Below are positions 19,512-29,012 of a stretch of 64,000 nucleotides of DNA, one piece after another. The notes below the pieces were generated by a model. It was not told the DNA's origin, did no database searches, and saw only the letters and a program-made list of their open reading frames with translations. Source of the DNA: a virus (Duplodnaviria > Caudoviricetes). Where the stretch lies: the IMG/VR virus record IMGVR_UViG_3300025789_000018; one strand, written 5' to 3'. Every line of letters starts with the position of its first letter. Position 1 is the first letter of the stretch. A program made the translations under genes and the position numbers.

Positions 19512-20327
19512 TTATGATTTTGCTATATTGGTTATTATACCATCATGGACGCTTATCATTTTTCCTGTAATATCGGTAAAGGTGCCTGAAGCACCAACAG
19601 TAGTAGCAAGAGAGCCAACAGCAGTTAATCCTCCATGAGGAAGAGTAACCCCTCCTGGAGCATTCAAAGTTATACCTTCTGCCGCAGTCATTACGATACT
19701 TTTGCCAGAAGTTATACTTACATTACCTTGAACATAAACAGTATGGTCTTTGACCATAACTTCAATATTGTCACCAACAGTTTTTTTAACAAATTGTCCA
19801 TCTTTATTTATTTCAATATAAGTACCACTTTTGTGATATATTCTTATTCTTTCGTTGTCTTTGGTGTCATCAAGTTCGATAACATGACCGGACAATGTCT
19901 GAGTTACATTATTATAAGGGTATTTTGCGGCAAATGAAGAGGCAGGTTCAGGACCAACCAGATTATCTTGGATGGTGTTCTTGCCTCTAGATAATCCTGA
20001 AAGCTCATTACCAGTATCTTTACCGCCAACAAGTTTAGCGTAAGTTCCCCAGATAAAGGGCATGTTTTTTTCATTGCCATCAGCAAAGAAGCCAAATACT
20101 ACAGCGCCATTTTTTAATGCCGGAGTTTGATTTGTTCCTGCTACACCACCTGATGTTGTTGGTAGAAGTGGAATAGCCCAACGCAATTCTTCAGTGCTTA
20201 CGTCATTTCTTGAGTGTTCGTTAATTACTCTTACTTTAACACGCCCAAGTTGCTTAGGATCATTAAAATCTTCAACAGTACCAATAAACCATCTTAAGCC
20301 TTCTTCGCCTAAATGCTGAGTAGTCAT
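19512..20327 (-). CDS. gp5: Baseplate hub/spike gp5 (OB-fold N-terminus, no lysozyme domain)
   Basis: WFIGTVED.NDP..LGRVKVR; YPYN.V..T.SGH..E.DDT...ERI..YH.SGT; only 271 aa. Confidence 0.9.
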   Translation of the reverse strand: MTTQHLGEEGLRWFIGTVEDFNDPKQLGRVKVRVINEHSRNDVSTEELRWAIPLLPTTSGGVAGTNQTPALKNGAVVFGFFADGNEKNMPFIWGTYAKLVGGKDTGNELSGLSRGKNTIQDNLVGPEPASSFAAKYPYNNVTQTLSGHVIELDDTKDNERIRIYHKSGTYIEINKDGQFVKKTVGDNIEVMVKDHTVYVQGNVSITSGKSIVMTAAEGITLNAPGGVTLPHGGLTAVGSLATTVGASGTFTDITGKMISVHDGIITNIAKS

Positions 20328-21601
20328 TATATCGCCTCCTGATATTCGCCTTTAATCAATTCCATACTGCACGTATACAATCTCTGCTTATCAAAGGTTA
20401 TAATGTGTCTCAGTTTAGACACTAGATAATTGCCGGAAATAAGTCTGTTATATTGTGTTTGATCTGTTGTACCAGTCATTCTCGGTAGGTTGACTTTAAT
20501 AACATCACCTACTGTTATCTCAGAATCGCCATACACATGAATCTGAAACAGATTTTGAATAATCTTATTGACAAAAGCTCTTTTTGGACCTAAAGCATCA
20601 GCAATATAATTTTCAGGAAACTCACTACTTGTTGGCACTAGCATCGAAAGACCTTCTTTATCGTCTCCGTATTGCTTTTCAAAACTTGTGCTATTTAATC
20701 CAGCAGAACTATTTTTATCAGAAATAGATTTAAACTTGTCTTGCTGATCAATATTTACATAATGATTTTCTGTTATAGCGCCTGTAAGAATATCAAACTT
20801 TCTGACTGTATTTTGTATACCACCAGAGTTTAACTTAGAAGCTGTATCGAATGTGCTAACATTCTTCATACCGAGAATATTTCTATATCTTATAGCGGCA
20901 GTTTCTGTTACTGGTTTAGAGTCATAATAGAAAACCTTATCGCCGATTTTATCTTTACCTTGGTCGAAAAGATACTCTACTGTACAGAAATTATATCCTC
21001 TTTTATTTTCAAAAAACACATAAGATGATGAGTAGTATTTTTGAGAAGCAGCTCTTCTTCTGACAAAGTCAACAACCTGAAACGGAGCAAGTCTAGAAGG
21101 AAACACATCTTGTGGTCCCTTTGATGGCTCAGAGTGGTAGTTTTTCTTTGATCCGATATACTTTGTGTTTCTAAGCATATCAGAAACAATACCTTCGCAT
21201 GTACCTTGAAGTTTGGTCGTCACCACTCTTGATGCGTTTCTTAGATACTCTTCGCTACAGCATTTAAGAGTATAGGTTTTGTATTTGCCTGTAAGATTTG
21301 TTGTCGCTTGAGTTGCTGACTGAAGATAGAGTTTATATGTGTTGAATTGTAGAGAGTCAAAACCTGCAGTTCTAAATGAAATCTCTACAAACTCTTCACC
21401 AATTAAAGGAAATTGTGACTGTAGATCAGCAGAATCTTGAATTTGAATTTCTGCGTAAATTACAGGAGAAAGAAGATCTTCATAGATGTTTATAGAAGTT
21501 GTTGTAGCGATTAAAGAAATAGAACGCTTACCATCAGCAGAACTTAACTGTAGCTTTTGTATTTCTACTGAACCGTCTCTTGGGCTTGTATCTGATGCCA
21601 T
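20327..21601 (-). CDS. Baseplate hub protein (gp27-like)
   Basis: IYEDL.SP, YVFFEN.RGYNF, G...I.VGDVI.V, SGNYLV..LRH; lies between gp53 and gp5. Confidence 0.7.
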   Translation of the reverse strand: MASDTSPRDGSVEIQKLQLSSADGKRSISLIATTTSINIYEDLLSPVIYAEIQIQDSADLQSQFPLIGEEFVEISFRTAGFDSLQFNTYKLYLQSATQATTNLTGKYKTYTLKCCSEEYLRNASRVVTTKLQGTCEGIVSDMLRNTKYIGSKKNYHSEPSKGPQDVFPSRLAPFQVVDFVRRRAASQKYYSSSYVFFENKRGYNFCTVEYLFDQGKDKIGDKVFYYDSKPVTETAAIRYRNILGMKNVSTFDTASKLNSGGIQNTVRKFDILTGAITENHYVNIDQQDKFKSISDKNSSAGLNSTSFEKQYGDDKEGLSMLVPTSSEFPENYIADALGPKRAFVNKIIQNLFQIHVYGDSEITVGDVIKVNLPRMTGTTDQTQYNRLISGNYLVSKLRHIITFDKQRLYTCSMELIKGEYQEAI

Positions 21602-21604
21602 AGT

Positions 21605-22522
21605 TTATTTGCTCAACAGTAATGTAAGTTGATTCGAAATATCATTTCTTCTTGTTTTATCAATCAAGAACATCTTTCTTTTGTTTTCATTCTTACTGAA
21701 TTCATAGTCATAGAAACTTTGAGGTGCCCAATAGATATCTTCATTAGCTGTAATATTTCTTTGAATATTATTACCACCGTTAGCAATAGTGTCATCCACA
21801 ACTGGCTGTATTGTTGCAGTTGCTCCGCTAATACTACCTTGAATTTCGCTATAAGCAAAGTTGCCAAAAACATCTTGAACAGTCAAAACAGAATTGGTTG
21901 AGTCAATTGTTTTGATAACAGCTGATATACCCGAAGATGCTGACGAAATGATATTTGTGCTGTTATAATATGCTATCTGATTTATGGTTTCTCCAACAAC
22001 AAAGGTATTAGATCCGTTGTTATAAGAAAACGGAACTGTGCATACTCTATTTGTTGTTATGTAGTCGTCCACCCTTTTGCGCGCGTACGAAAAGGTTCTA
22101 TTGGTATTATCGCTGATAGGATTCCAGTATTTCTTTACTTCTCCAGGAAGAGAATCGTATCCGACTTGGTCTAATACTCTAAAATCATTTTCCCAATTAG
22201 TTTTCCACGAATGGATATTAGATTGAGCATTCTCAATCGATCCATACTTTTTGATGATAAATTCATTGAAGTCTTCAGGCGATAATAGAAACCCATAATA
22301 CGGATCCAGAGTTTGGTTTGTATGATAGATTAGCCAAGAAAAGTCAGGATCATTATAGTAGTCATACGAAAGATTGTCGATTCTTTCATAATCTTTCATC
22401 GTATATGGATAATAAACCAAAATGTTCTTTTTAGAAACATCGTTGAAGTTCACTCTTGCCATTATGTTTCTGGCAATTTGTCCATTATATGTTATCGTTG
22501 GGAATTTTGTAAAATACTGCAT
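21605..22522 (-). CDS. gp53: Baseplate wedge protein gp53
   Basis: YF.KFP.I.Y, ERID.LSYDYY.DP...WLI...N...DPYY, YE..KNE.KR. Confidence 0.85.
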   Translation of the reverse strand: MQYFTKFPTITYNGQIARNIMARVNFNDVSKKNILVYYPYTMKDYERIDNLSYDYYNDPDFSWLIYHTNQTLDPYYGFLLSPEDFNEFIIKKYGSIENAQSNIHSWKTNWENDFRVLDQVGYDSLPGEVKKYWNPISDNTNRTFSYARKRVDDYITTNRVCTVPFSYNNGSNTFVVGETINQIAYYNSTNIISSASSGISAVIKTIDSTNSVLTVQDVFGNFAYSEIQGSISGATATIQPVVDDTIANGGNNIQRNITANEDIYWAPQSFYDYEFSKNENKRKMFLIDKTRRNDISNQLTLLLSK

Positions 22523-22524
22523 GA

Positions 22525-23715
22525 TTAGGTGTTTACACCTCCGCTTACAAAGGTTCTAAGATCACTGAGAGCATTTACCAATCCTTTTTCAGATTGCGCA
22601 AAATTAGTTCCAGAAGTTGCTCCATATGCTTCAGCAGTAAAGTATTCAATTTCTTGAAGAGACATACTTAATTGAATAGCAAAAGGACTAGCATCTTTGT
22701 AGAATGCAGGAGAACCTAGCGGAGAATAGTTCACAGTAAATCTATTACACACACAAAGTTTAAATTTGTACAGAGGTTTTCCATTTGTGATAATTTGTGG
22801 TTGTATCATAAAAGGATAATCTAGCAGATTTGCCACTTGACTACTATCAGCTGTTGGTAGAGTTTTCTTTCTAATTTCATTGATAATAGTAGCTAATTGA
22901 GCACCTTCAGCTTGATTAGAAGGAACAAATGTCCAGTTAAAGCTATGTTCTCTGAGAGAAATTCCCTGAAAGAAAACTGACGGATGTGGATTGGGTACTA
23001 CTCCAGTAAACTGACCTAACGTACCTGCAGCACCGTCATCTAAACTATTAAGAGTAGCTGCACCGAAAGCATATATGTCTGCTGTTGCCTTCTGACCACC
23101 ATTCGTTTTATCACCATAAAAACGTTTATATGTTTGTTTTATGTTGCCTTTATCCTTAATTGTCTGGGCAATCTGCTCAGCAAGAATACCTTCTGCACCA
23201 AGCTCCTTTGTTGTATAGTTTATAGACTGGCCTTCTACCAACTCATTCGGAATAGGAAGAATGATAGTTGACGCAACATCAAACTTCGTAGGAGATAGCG
23301 GAGAAGGTCTTGAGTATTTTGAAAAAGCCAGCTGGAAGAAGTATTTGTCAGGCAAATCAAGAGGATATCTAAGAACTTTACTTCCTGCAGTATCGCTTTT
23401 AGAATTTTCAACGGCAGATTGCGGCGCGATAGAACTCAGATAAGTTTCTGTGTCTGGGAGATTTCTTAAAGAAGAAATGGCATCAAGAGAAGCTCTAGCA
23501 GCAGAACCTGAGAAAAATTGCTGATCGCCGCCAGCAGTTAAGTTATCGACTTGAGATGCCCCTTGACTAGTCATAGTGCTAGTAGATGCTCCCGCAGAAG
23601 CGAAGCCACCAAATAACCCATTCAACACCGAAGTAATCCCGCTACTAACTCCAGTAGCTATTTGCCCAATAGGTGTTTTATTTGTGATAAAATTTAATGG
23701 GTCTATGGCCATCAA
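22525..23715 (-). CDS. gp48: Baseplate tail tube cap gp48
   Basis: I.LPIP..L.E...I.Y, NPH..V.FQG...R...F.W.F.P.N..E, C....F.VNY.P. Confidence 0.85.
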   Translation of the reverse strand: MMAIDPLNFITNKTPIGQIATGVSSGITSVLNGLFGGFASAGASTSTMTSQGASQVDNLTAGGDQQFFSGSAARASLDAISSLRNLPDTETYLSSIAPQSAVENSKSDTAGSKVLRYPLDLPDKYFFQLAFSKYSRPSPLSPTKFDVASTIILPIPNELVEGQSINYTTKELGAEGILAEQIAQTIKDKGNIKQTYKRFYGDKTNGGQKATADIYAFGAATLNSLDDGAAGTLGQFTGVVPNPHPSVFFQGISLREHSFNWTFVPSNQAEGAQLATIINEIRKKTLPTADSSQVANLLDYPFMIQPQIITNGKPLYKFKLCVCNRFTVNYSPLGSPAFYKDASPFAIQLSMSLQEIEYFTAEAYGATSGTNFAQSEKGLVNALSDLRTFVSGGVNT

Positions 23716-23722
23716 AAATCCT

Positions 23723-23758
23723 TATAAATATCGTATAATCGTCGGTATCTTATTTATA
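23723..23758. promoter_or_regulatory. Face-to-face pair of T4-type late promoters (TATAAATA + at 23723-23730; - at 23751-23758)
   Basis: Exact T4 late consensus on both strands between divergent gp48 and gp4. Confidence 0.8.
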
Positions 23759-23778
23759 TCAAAGATCTAAGGATGTGT

Positions 23779-24228
23779 ATGGCAACGACTTACAAAGGAA
23801 GATTTACGCCGAAGAATATTGAAAAATACAAAGGCGATCCTACGAATATCGTGTATAGAAGTCTTTGGGAAGTCAAATTTATGCAATTCTTAGACGCTAA
23901 TCCTGATATAATTGCTTGGGCTTCTGAAGAATTCTCGTTGGTATATTTAAGTCCTGTTGATGGAAGGCTGCATAAGTATTTCCCTGATTTTTGGATAAGA
24001 AAAATAAACAAAGAAACAGGCAGAGAAGAATGTGCAGTTATTGAAATTAAGCCAAAGAAACAAACAAAACCGCCTGTGATGCCAAAAAGAATTGGTCGCA
24101 GATACATTAATGAAGTACAAACGTATGCTGTAAATCAAGCCAAGTTTGAAGCGGCAGATAAATTTTGTAGCGAAAGAAACTGGAAATTTATGGTGTTAAC
24201 CGAAGACGAGTTAGGAATCAAATACTAA
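23779..24228 (+). CDS. gp4: Head completion nuclease gp4
   Basis: YKG.F.PKN..KYKGDPTNI.YRS.WE, W.SEE, YFPDF, IEIKP.KQ (second Met taken as start). Confidence 0.95.
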   Translation: MATTYKGRFTPKNIEKYKGDPTNIVYRSLWEVKFMQFLDANPDIIAWASEEFSLVYLSPVDGRLHKYFPDFWIRKINKETGREECAVIEIKPKKQTKPPVMPKRIGRRYINEVQTYAVNQAKFEAADKFCSERNWKFMVLTEDELGIKY

Positions 24229-24824
24229 TGTCTGTACCTCATTTTGACTTTATCCTTGCGCAAGGATTAAGAAAAGGTCATATCCCAAACAAAACCAAAG
24301 CTGCTAGAGATTGGTACAGAGAACGCGCAGCCAAAGTTCCTCGTGTAAGCGAACAAAATTTAATCAGAGGTAAAGTTGACGATTGGACCAAAAAGCCTCT
24401 CATCGGCAACATGTACATGTTTAAATATGATCCAAAATTAAAGAATGAACTGCCATATTATGATGTGTTTCCACTAATCTTTCCTATTGGGCCAGCAGAT
24501 GGTGGGTTTCTTGGGTTAAATATGCACTATCTTCCTCTAAACTATAGAGCCAAACTTATGGATGCTCTATATCAGACGACGAACAACAAAACGTTTGACG
24601 AGACAACTAAACTAAAAATAAATTACAGTATACTGAAAAAAGCAACAGTAATGAACTACTATAAGCCATGTATCAAACATTATTTGTTTGGTCATGTAAG
24701 ATCTAATTTTATCTACATGAAGCCTGAAGAATGGGATATTGCTTTATTCTTACCAACCGCAAGATTCATGAAGGCCACAGAAAAACAAGTCTGGGCTGAC
24801 AGCAGAAAACTCATAAGAGGATAA
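24228..24824 (+). CDS. gp2: DNA end protector gp2
   Basis: F.YDPK.K..LPYYD.FPL, GFLGLN.HYLP, YKPC.K.YL..HV.S. Confidence 0.95.
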   Translation: MSVPHFDFILAQGLRKGHIPNKTKAARDWYRERAAKVPRVSEQNLIRGKVDDWTKKPLIGNMYMFKYDPKLKNELPYYDVFPLIFPIGPADGGFLGLNMHYLPLNYRAKLMDALYQTTNNKTFDETTKLKINYSILKKATVMNYYKPCIKHYLFGHVRSNFIYMKPEEWDIALFLPTARFMKATEKQVWADSRKLIRG

Positions 24825-24825
24825 A

Positions 24826-25728
24826 ATGGCAGACACTCCTTCTACTTTACTAACAATACCTCCAGGTCAAATTACCACACAAAATGGATTTGACATAAAT
24901 GGGTTTTATTCAACTGTCAGCGGATATTCTGGTGTTCTTAAGAATAACCTGTTTTTGACTACATTTAGAATACCAACTGGAACATTATCTGCTGCGATAC
25001 CAACAGATCCTAATAATGTAAAACTATTATCTTATTATATTCAAGCAACAGAACTTCCTGGAGTTGCTATGGCGTCAGCAGATGCTGTAAGAAGATATGG
25101 ATATGGACCAACAGAAAAGTATGCGTTTTTGCCTGTGTTCAATGACATAACATTGAATTTTATCGTTGATGGATCGGGGTATAATAAGAGATTTTTTGAC
25201 TCTTGGTTAAATCTTGTTGTAAACTTTGACAGTAGTCGTGGATTTAATAACAAAGCGGAAAATGGCGCTTCTGTATATGAAATTGAATATAAAGACAATT
25301 ACATAACTGAACTTGACATATTTGTCTACAATGAGTTAAATCAGACTATTTTGGTATACACACTACTTGACGCTTTCCCAATAGCAACAGCAGGAACTCC
25401 AGTTAATTGGGGATCGCAAAACGAATTAATGTCTCTTGGTGTAACCTTTACTTACAGAGACTGGTTTGTAAATGAAACAAAAATGGATAGAGATGCCGCG
25501 CTGTATCAGGCCAACAAATCTTTAAATGAACAACTGAACAAACAAATATCACAAATAAATAATTTTAACCCAATAGCACAATTGTCTACACCGCCTACCA
25601 CTGAGCAAATAAAGAGTTTGCTTAATAATAATTTTTCATCACCACCAAGTGGCGGACAGTTTAATTTATTAAACAGCCAAACATTTGATGGTATAGTTTC
25701 TTTACCTGAACTTCCATTTACCACATAA
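24826..25728 (+). CDS. gp54: Baseplate tail tube initiator gp54 / tail-tube-like
   Basis: ELPG, YG..EK, F.DITL.F, Y..Y, L.DAFP, V.F.YR.W motifs. Confidence 0.75.
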   Translation: MADTPSTLLTIPPGQITTQNGFDINGFYSTVSGYSGVLKNNLFLTTFRIPTGTLSAAIPTDPNNVKLLSYYIQATELPGVAMASADAVRRYGYGPTEKYAFLPVFNDITLNFIVDGSGYNKRFFDSWLNLVVNFDSSRGFNNKAENGASVYEIEYKDNYITELDIFVYNELNQTILVYTLLDAFPIATAGTPVNWGSQNELMSLGVTFTYRDWFVNETKMDRDAALYQANKSLNEQLNKQISQINNFNPIAQLSTPPTTEQIKSLLNNNFSSPPSGGQFNLLNSQTFDGIVSLPELPFTT

Positions 25729-25746
25729 TATATCAGGAGATTTGAT

Positions 25747-26448
25747 ATGGCTTTACCAAAAATATCGTTACCCACCTTTGATTTGACTATTCCTTCAACA
25801 AAAGAAGAAGTTAAAGCAAGACCTTTCCTTGTTAAAGAGGAAAAGATTCTTCTCATGGCCCAGCAGTCGGGAGAAGAAAAAGATGTTATCAACGCAGTAA
25901 ATCAAGTAATTCATAATTGCATTGTTACAGAAGGCGTTGATGTTACTAAATTCTCAACTTTTGATGTAGAATACGTTTTCTTAAAATTGAGATCTAAATC
26001 AGTGAATAATATTGTTGAACTTAGCTATAGAGACAATGAAGACGATAAAGTTTACGATTTTAAAGTGAATTTAGACGAAATCGAAGTAAAATTTGACCCA
26101 AATAACAATACTAAAATTGAAATCAATGATACTACTGGATTGGTAATGAAATATCCCAATTCATTTACATCACAAAAAGTTGCTAAATCTGATAATCCGG
26201 AATTTAAGCTAATTCAACTGTGCGTTGATAAGATTTATGACGCTGATAACGTGTATAGCTCTACAGACGTAACTGAAAAAGAACTTGAAGAGTTCCTCGA
26301 CAATCTTGACATGAAAACTTTTACGAAAATTAAAGAGTTTTTTGAAACGATGCCAAAATTGTATCACAAAATTGAATACAAGAATTCTCTAGATCACGAT
26401 AGATCAATTGAACTCACCTCGTTACAAGATTTTTTTACGTTGGGATGA
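25747..26448 (+). CDS. gp26: Baseplate hub subunit gp26
   Basis: MALPKI..PTF.L..PS......RPFLVKEEKILL.A, FD.EY.FL.LR.KSV, F.KI.EFF.TMPKL. Confidence 0.95.
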   Translation: MALPKISLPTFDLTIPSTKEEVKARPFLVKEEKILLMAQQSGEEKDVINAVNQVIHNCIVTEGVDVTKFSTFDVEYVFLKLRSKSVNNIVELSYRDNEDDKVYDFKVNLDEIEVKFDPNNNTKIEINDTTGLVMKYPNSFTSQKVAKSDNPEFKLIQLCVDKIYDADNVYSSTDVTEKELEEFLDNLDMKTFTKIKEFFETMPKLYHKIEYKNSLDHDRSIELTSLQDFFTLG

Positions 26449-26603
26449 GCCATAATACGTTAGCTAACTACTATAACGTAATCTTTGGTTTAGTCCAACA
26501 CCATAAATACTCTATTACTGACATTGAAAATCTTTTTCCCTATGAAAGAGACTTATATCTTGATATGTTAACATCTTTCATAGATAATCAAAAAGAAGCA
26601 TAA
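26445..26603 (+). CDS. gp51: Baseplate hub assembly protein gp51 (52 aa, not in ORF track)
   Basis: MSHNTLANYYNVIFGLVQHHKYSITDIENLFPYERDLYLDML...; ATGA overlap with gp26. Confidence 0.9.
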   Translation: MSHNTLANYYNVIFGLVQHHKYSITDIENLFPYERDLYLDMLTSFIDNQKEA

Positions 26604-26606
26604 TAG

Positions 26607-29009
26607 ATGGTAGGATTAATAGCAGGATTGTTTGAAGGTGGGGCGGCGGAAGCTGGTGCAGCTGAAGCCGCCGCATCTGCAGCTATGAAAAAAGCTGATA
26701 CAGGCAAGCCTGAAGACGCAAAAGCTGAGAAAAAAGAAAAGCCTACAGCTACTAGATCTACAGGATTGGGCGAAATTCCTGTGCCTTCTGACAAATACAA
26801 TGATTCTCCAAAACCAGTAAGACAAGCCGAAACAGTAGGCAATCAGGCTGAACGCATTAGAGGCAAACAGTTCAATGAACTGATAACAGTAAATACGCAA
26901 ACATTAAACGTATTGAAGAATATGCACAACTTTCAACAAGAAAAGTTGGAAGAAGAAAATGAAGCCAGAAGAATAGCAGAACTAGAGAAAAAAGGCGGTG
27001 GCGGCGACGGAGGAGGCTTCTTTGGAGAAATAGGGGTTGCTGCACAAAAAACAACTGGAATACTGTCAGCCCTAACACCATTCGCTAGTTTGTTATTGCC
27101 TTTAACTAAAGAGTTAGACGATTTTAGGAAATTCTTACAAGGAACTGGAGATAAAACTCCTGAACCCGGAACAAAATCGTTCACACGACATGTTACAGAA
27201 AACGTTTCTACAATCAGAACTCTCAGCAAAGCATATGGTGCTGCAGGATCAAAGCAAGCTGCAAATATAGCTGAAAGAATTCCAAAATTAATAGAAAAAA
27301 GAAATGTAGAAAAAATAATAAGAAATTCTCCTAATGTTGTTGCAGGAAATTTCCCTAATCACTTCAGAGGCGGAAAGCCTATAGAAGCGATAAACCCAAA
27401 GGCAACAAACAAGATAACAGGAGCTATTGTAAGAATAATAGAACCTATTGCAGCAAGAGCAACTATAACCGTACTAAAAGCCATATCTTGGGCTGCTAAA
27501 AAGATAGCCAATAGCAAATTGCTTAAATTTGCATACTTCATTGATTTTATCATAGCAATATTTCAGTCTGAAGGAAAAATAGACAGAAATGTAATAGGTG
27601 AGCTCATTAAAGCATTTATTATGTTGCTGTCAGATAAAATAGCTGCTGGATTAATTGGTGCAATATTAGGTTCTGAAGTTCCTCTTTTTGGCAACATTGC
27701 TGGATTTGCTCTTGGGATTATAGCATCTTATGGTATAGAATATTTCGGATCAGTTATTATTGAAAGTGTAGCAACACACTTAGCGTATATGCTAGTCAAA
27801 ATAGAAACTCCAGGAACAGCTGCACAGAAAATAGCAGAAGAAGTATCAAAATTCTATAGCGATAAATTTAAAGGATGGTTTGGAGGAAATCAAGACACCA
27901 AACAAGCAACTCCAACAGCAAAGCCAGCTGCAGGAGGAACCACAACAACAGCACTTCCACCTTTACCTTCAGCATCGCCAAATCCTCCAACAAATGGAGG
28001 TACTGGAAGAGCTGGAAAGCCAGGAGCATCTCCAAAGGGAGAAGAGCTGAAAGGCGATTCTTCAGTTTTCGGTACAGTAATAGCAAGCGAAACAAGAATG
28101 TTAGCAACTATGTTTCCTACAGCCACAGTAGCTGCGCTTGGAGCAGCATATATGAATGATGCTCTACACCCATCAACAAAGATTAAAGATAGACGTGATG
28201 CCAACCCAACAAACAACAATATAGATCCAAAATCTGTATTAGAATTTGGTAGAGGAGATGCGGATGAAGCACACTTCAACCAAATGAAGCCTGAAATGAA
28301 AAAAGCTGTTCTTGATGCAGCTAAAGAATATATGACAAAATATAACAAAAAACTTAAAGTAAACAGTTCAGTTAGAAGTGATGCAGAGCAAAAAGTATTA
28401 TATGATAGATCTGTGGCCCAGGGACATCCAGGTATATTAGATTGGCCGAGTGGAAAGAGAACTCCTGTTGCACAAGTAGGAAGTAGTACACACAAACAAG
28501 GTTATGCTATAGACATACACAATGGACAAGACCCAAGAATTGTTGAAATTCTACAAAAGTACAATCTTGTTCATGCATCAAATGATGATCCACACTACAC
28601 ATTAAAAGGTCACGAAAGCCATGGCGGCGGCGGATCAGGTGGCGGTTATGGTGGGTCTCATGGAGGCCATGGACACGCAAAATTAGGTTCTGGACCATCA
28701 CCACAAGATTATGCAGCAAGACAGGCAAATCCTGGGTATATTTACGGACAGTCGGAACAAAAATCAGCTGAGCCTGTAGCAACAGAACCAAAAAGAACAG
28801 TCAAAACAGGCAAAAGAGCGAAAAAGGCCAAAGCAAACGACAACACAGTATCAAACTATATGGATAAACAATCAAATCCTGGATATATCTACGGACAATC
28901 TACTTCAGGATTTCCAGGACAAGGTGATGTTCCTGATCCTGAAGCGAATAGAGGATCTATTGATGATAAACTCTATTTCCATTCGCATTCGCACAGAAAC
29001 TACGGATAA
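26607..29009 (+). CDS. Tape-measure/gp29-like protein with C-terminal M15 (VanY-like) peptidase domain
   Basis: Helical, low-complexity N-terminus; NSSVRS.AEQ..LY, SSTHKQGYAID and DDPHY match the M15 zinc ligands. Confidence 0.75.
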   Translation: MVGLIAGLFEGGAAEAGAAEAAASAAMKKADTGKPEDAKAEKKEKPTATRSTGLGEIPVPSDKYNDSPKPVRQAETVGNQAERIRGKQFNELITVNTQTLNVLKNMHNFQQEKLEEENEARRIAELEKKGGGGDGGGFFGEIGVAAQKTTGILSALTPFASLLLPLTKELDDFRKFLQGTGDKTPEPGTKSFTRHVTENVSTIRTLSKAYGAAGSKQAANIAERIPKLIEKRNVEKIIRNSPNVVAGNFPNHFRGGKPIEAINPKATNKITGAIVRIIEPIAARATITVLKAISWAAKKIANSKLLKFAYFIDFIIAIFQSEGKIDRNVIGELIKAFIMLLSDKIAAGLIGAILGSEVPLFGNIAGFALGIIASYGIEYFGSVIIESVATHLAYMLVKIETPGTAAQKIAEEVSKFYSDKFKGWFGGNQDTKQATPTAKPAAGGTTTTALPPLPSASPNPPTNGGTGRAGKPGASPKGEELKGDSSVFGTVIASETRMLATMFPTATVAALGAAYMNDALHPSTKIKDRRDANPTNNNIDPKSVLEFGRGDADEAHFNQMKPEMKKAVLDAAKEYMTKYNKKLKVNSSVRSDAEQKVLYDRSVAQGHPGILDWPSGKRTPVAQVGSSTHKQGYAIDIHNGQDPRIVEILQKYNLVHASNDDPHYTLKGHESHGGGGSGGGYGGSHGGHGHAKLGSGPSPQDYAARQANPGYIYGQSEQKSAEPVATEPKRTVKTGKRAKKAKANDNTVSNYMDKQSNPGYIYGQSTSGFPGQGDVPDPEANRGSIDDKLYFHSHSHRNYG

Positions 29010-29012
29010 AAT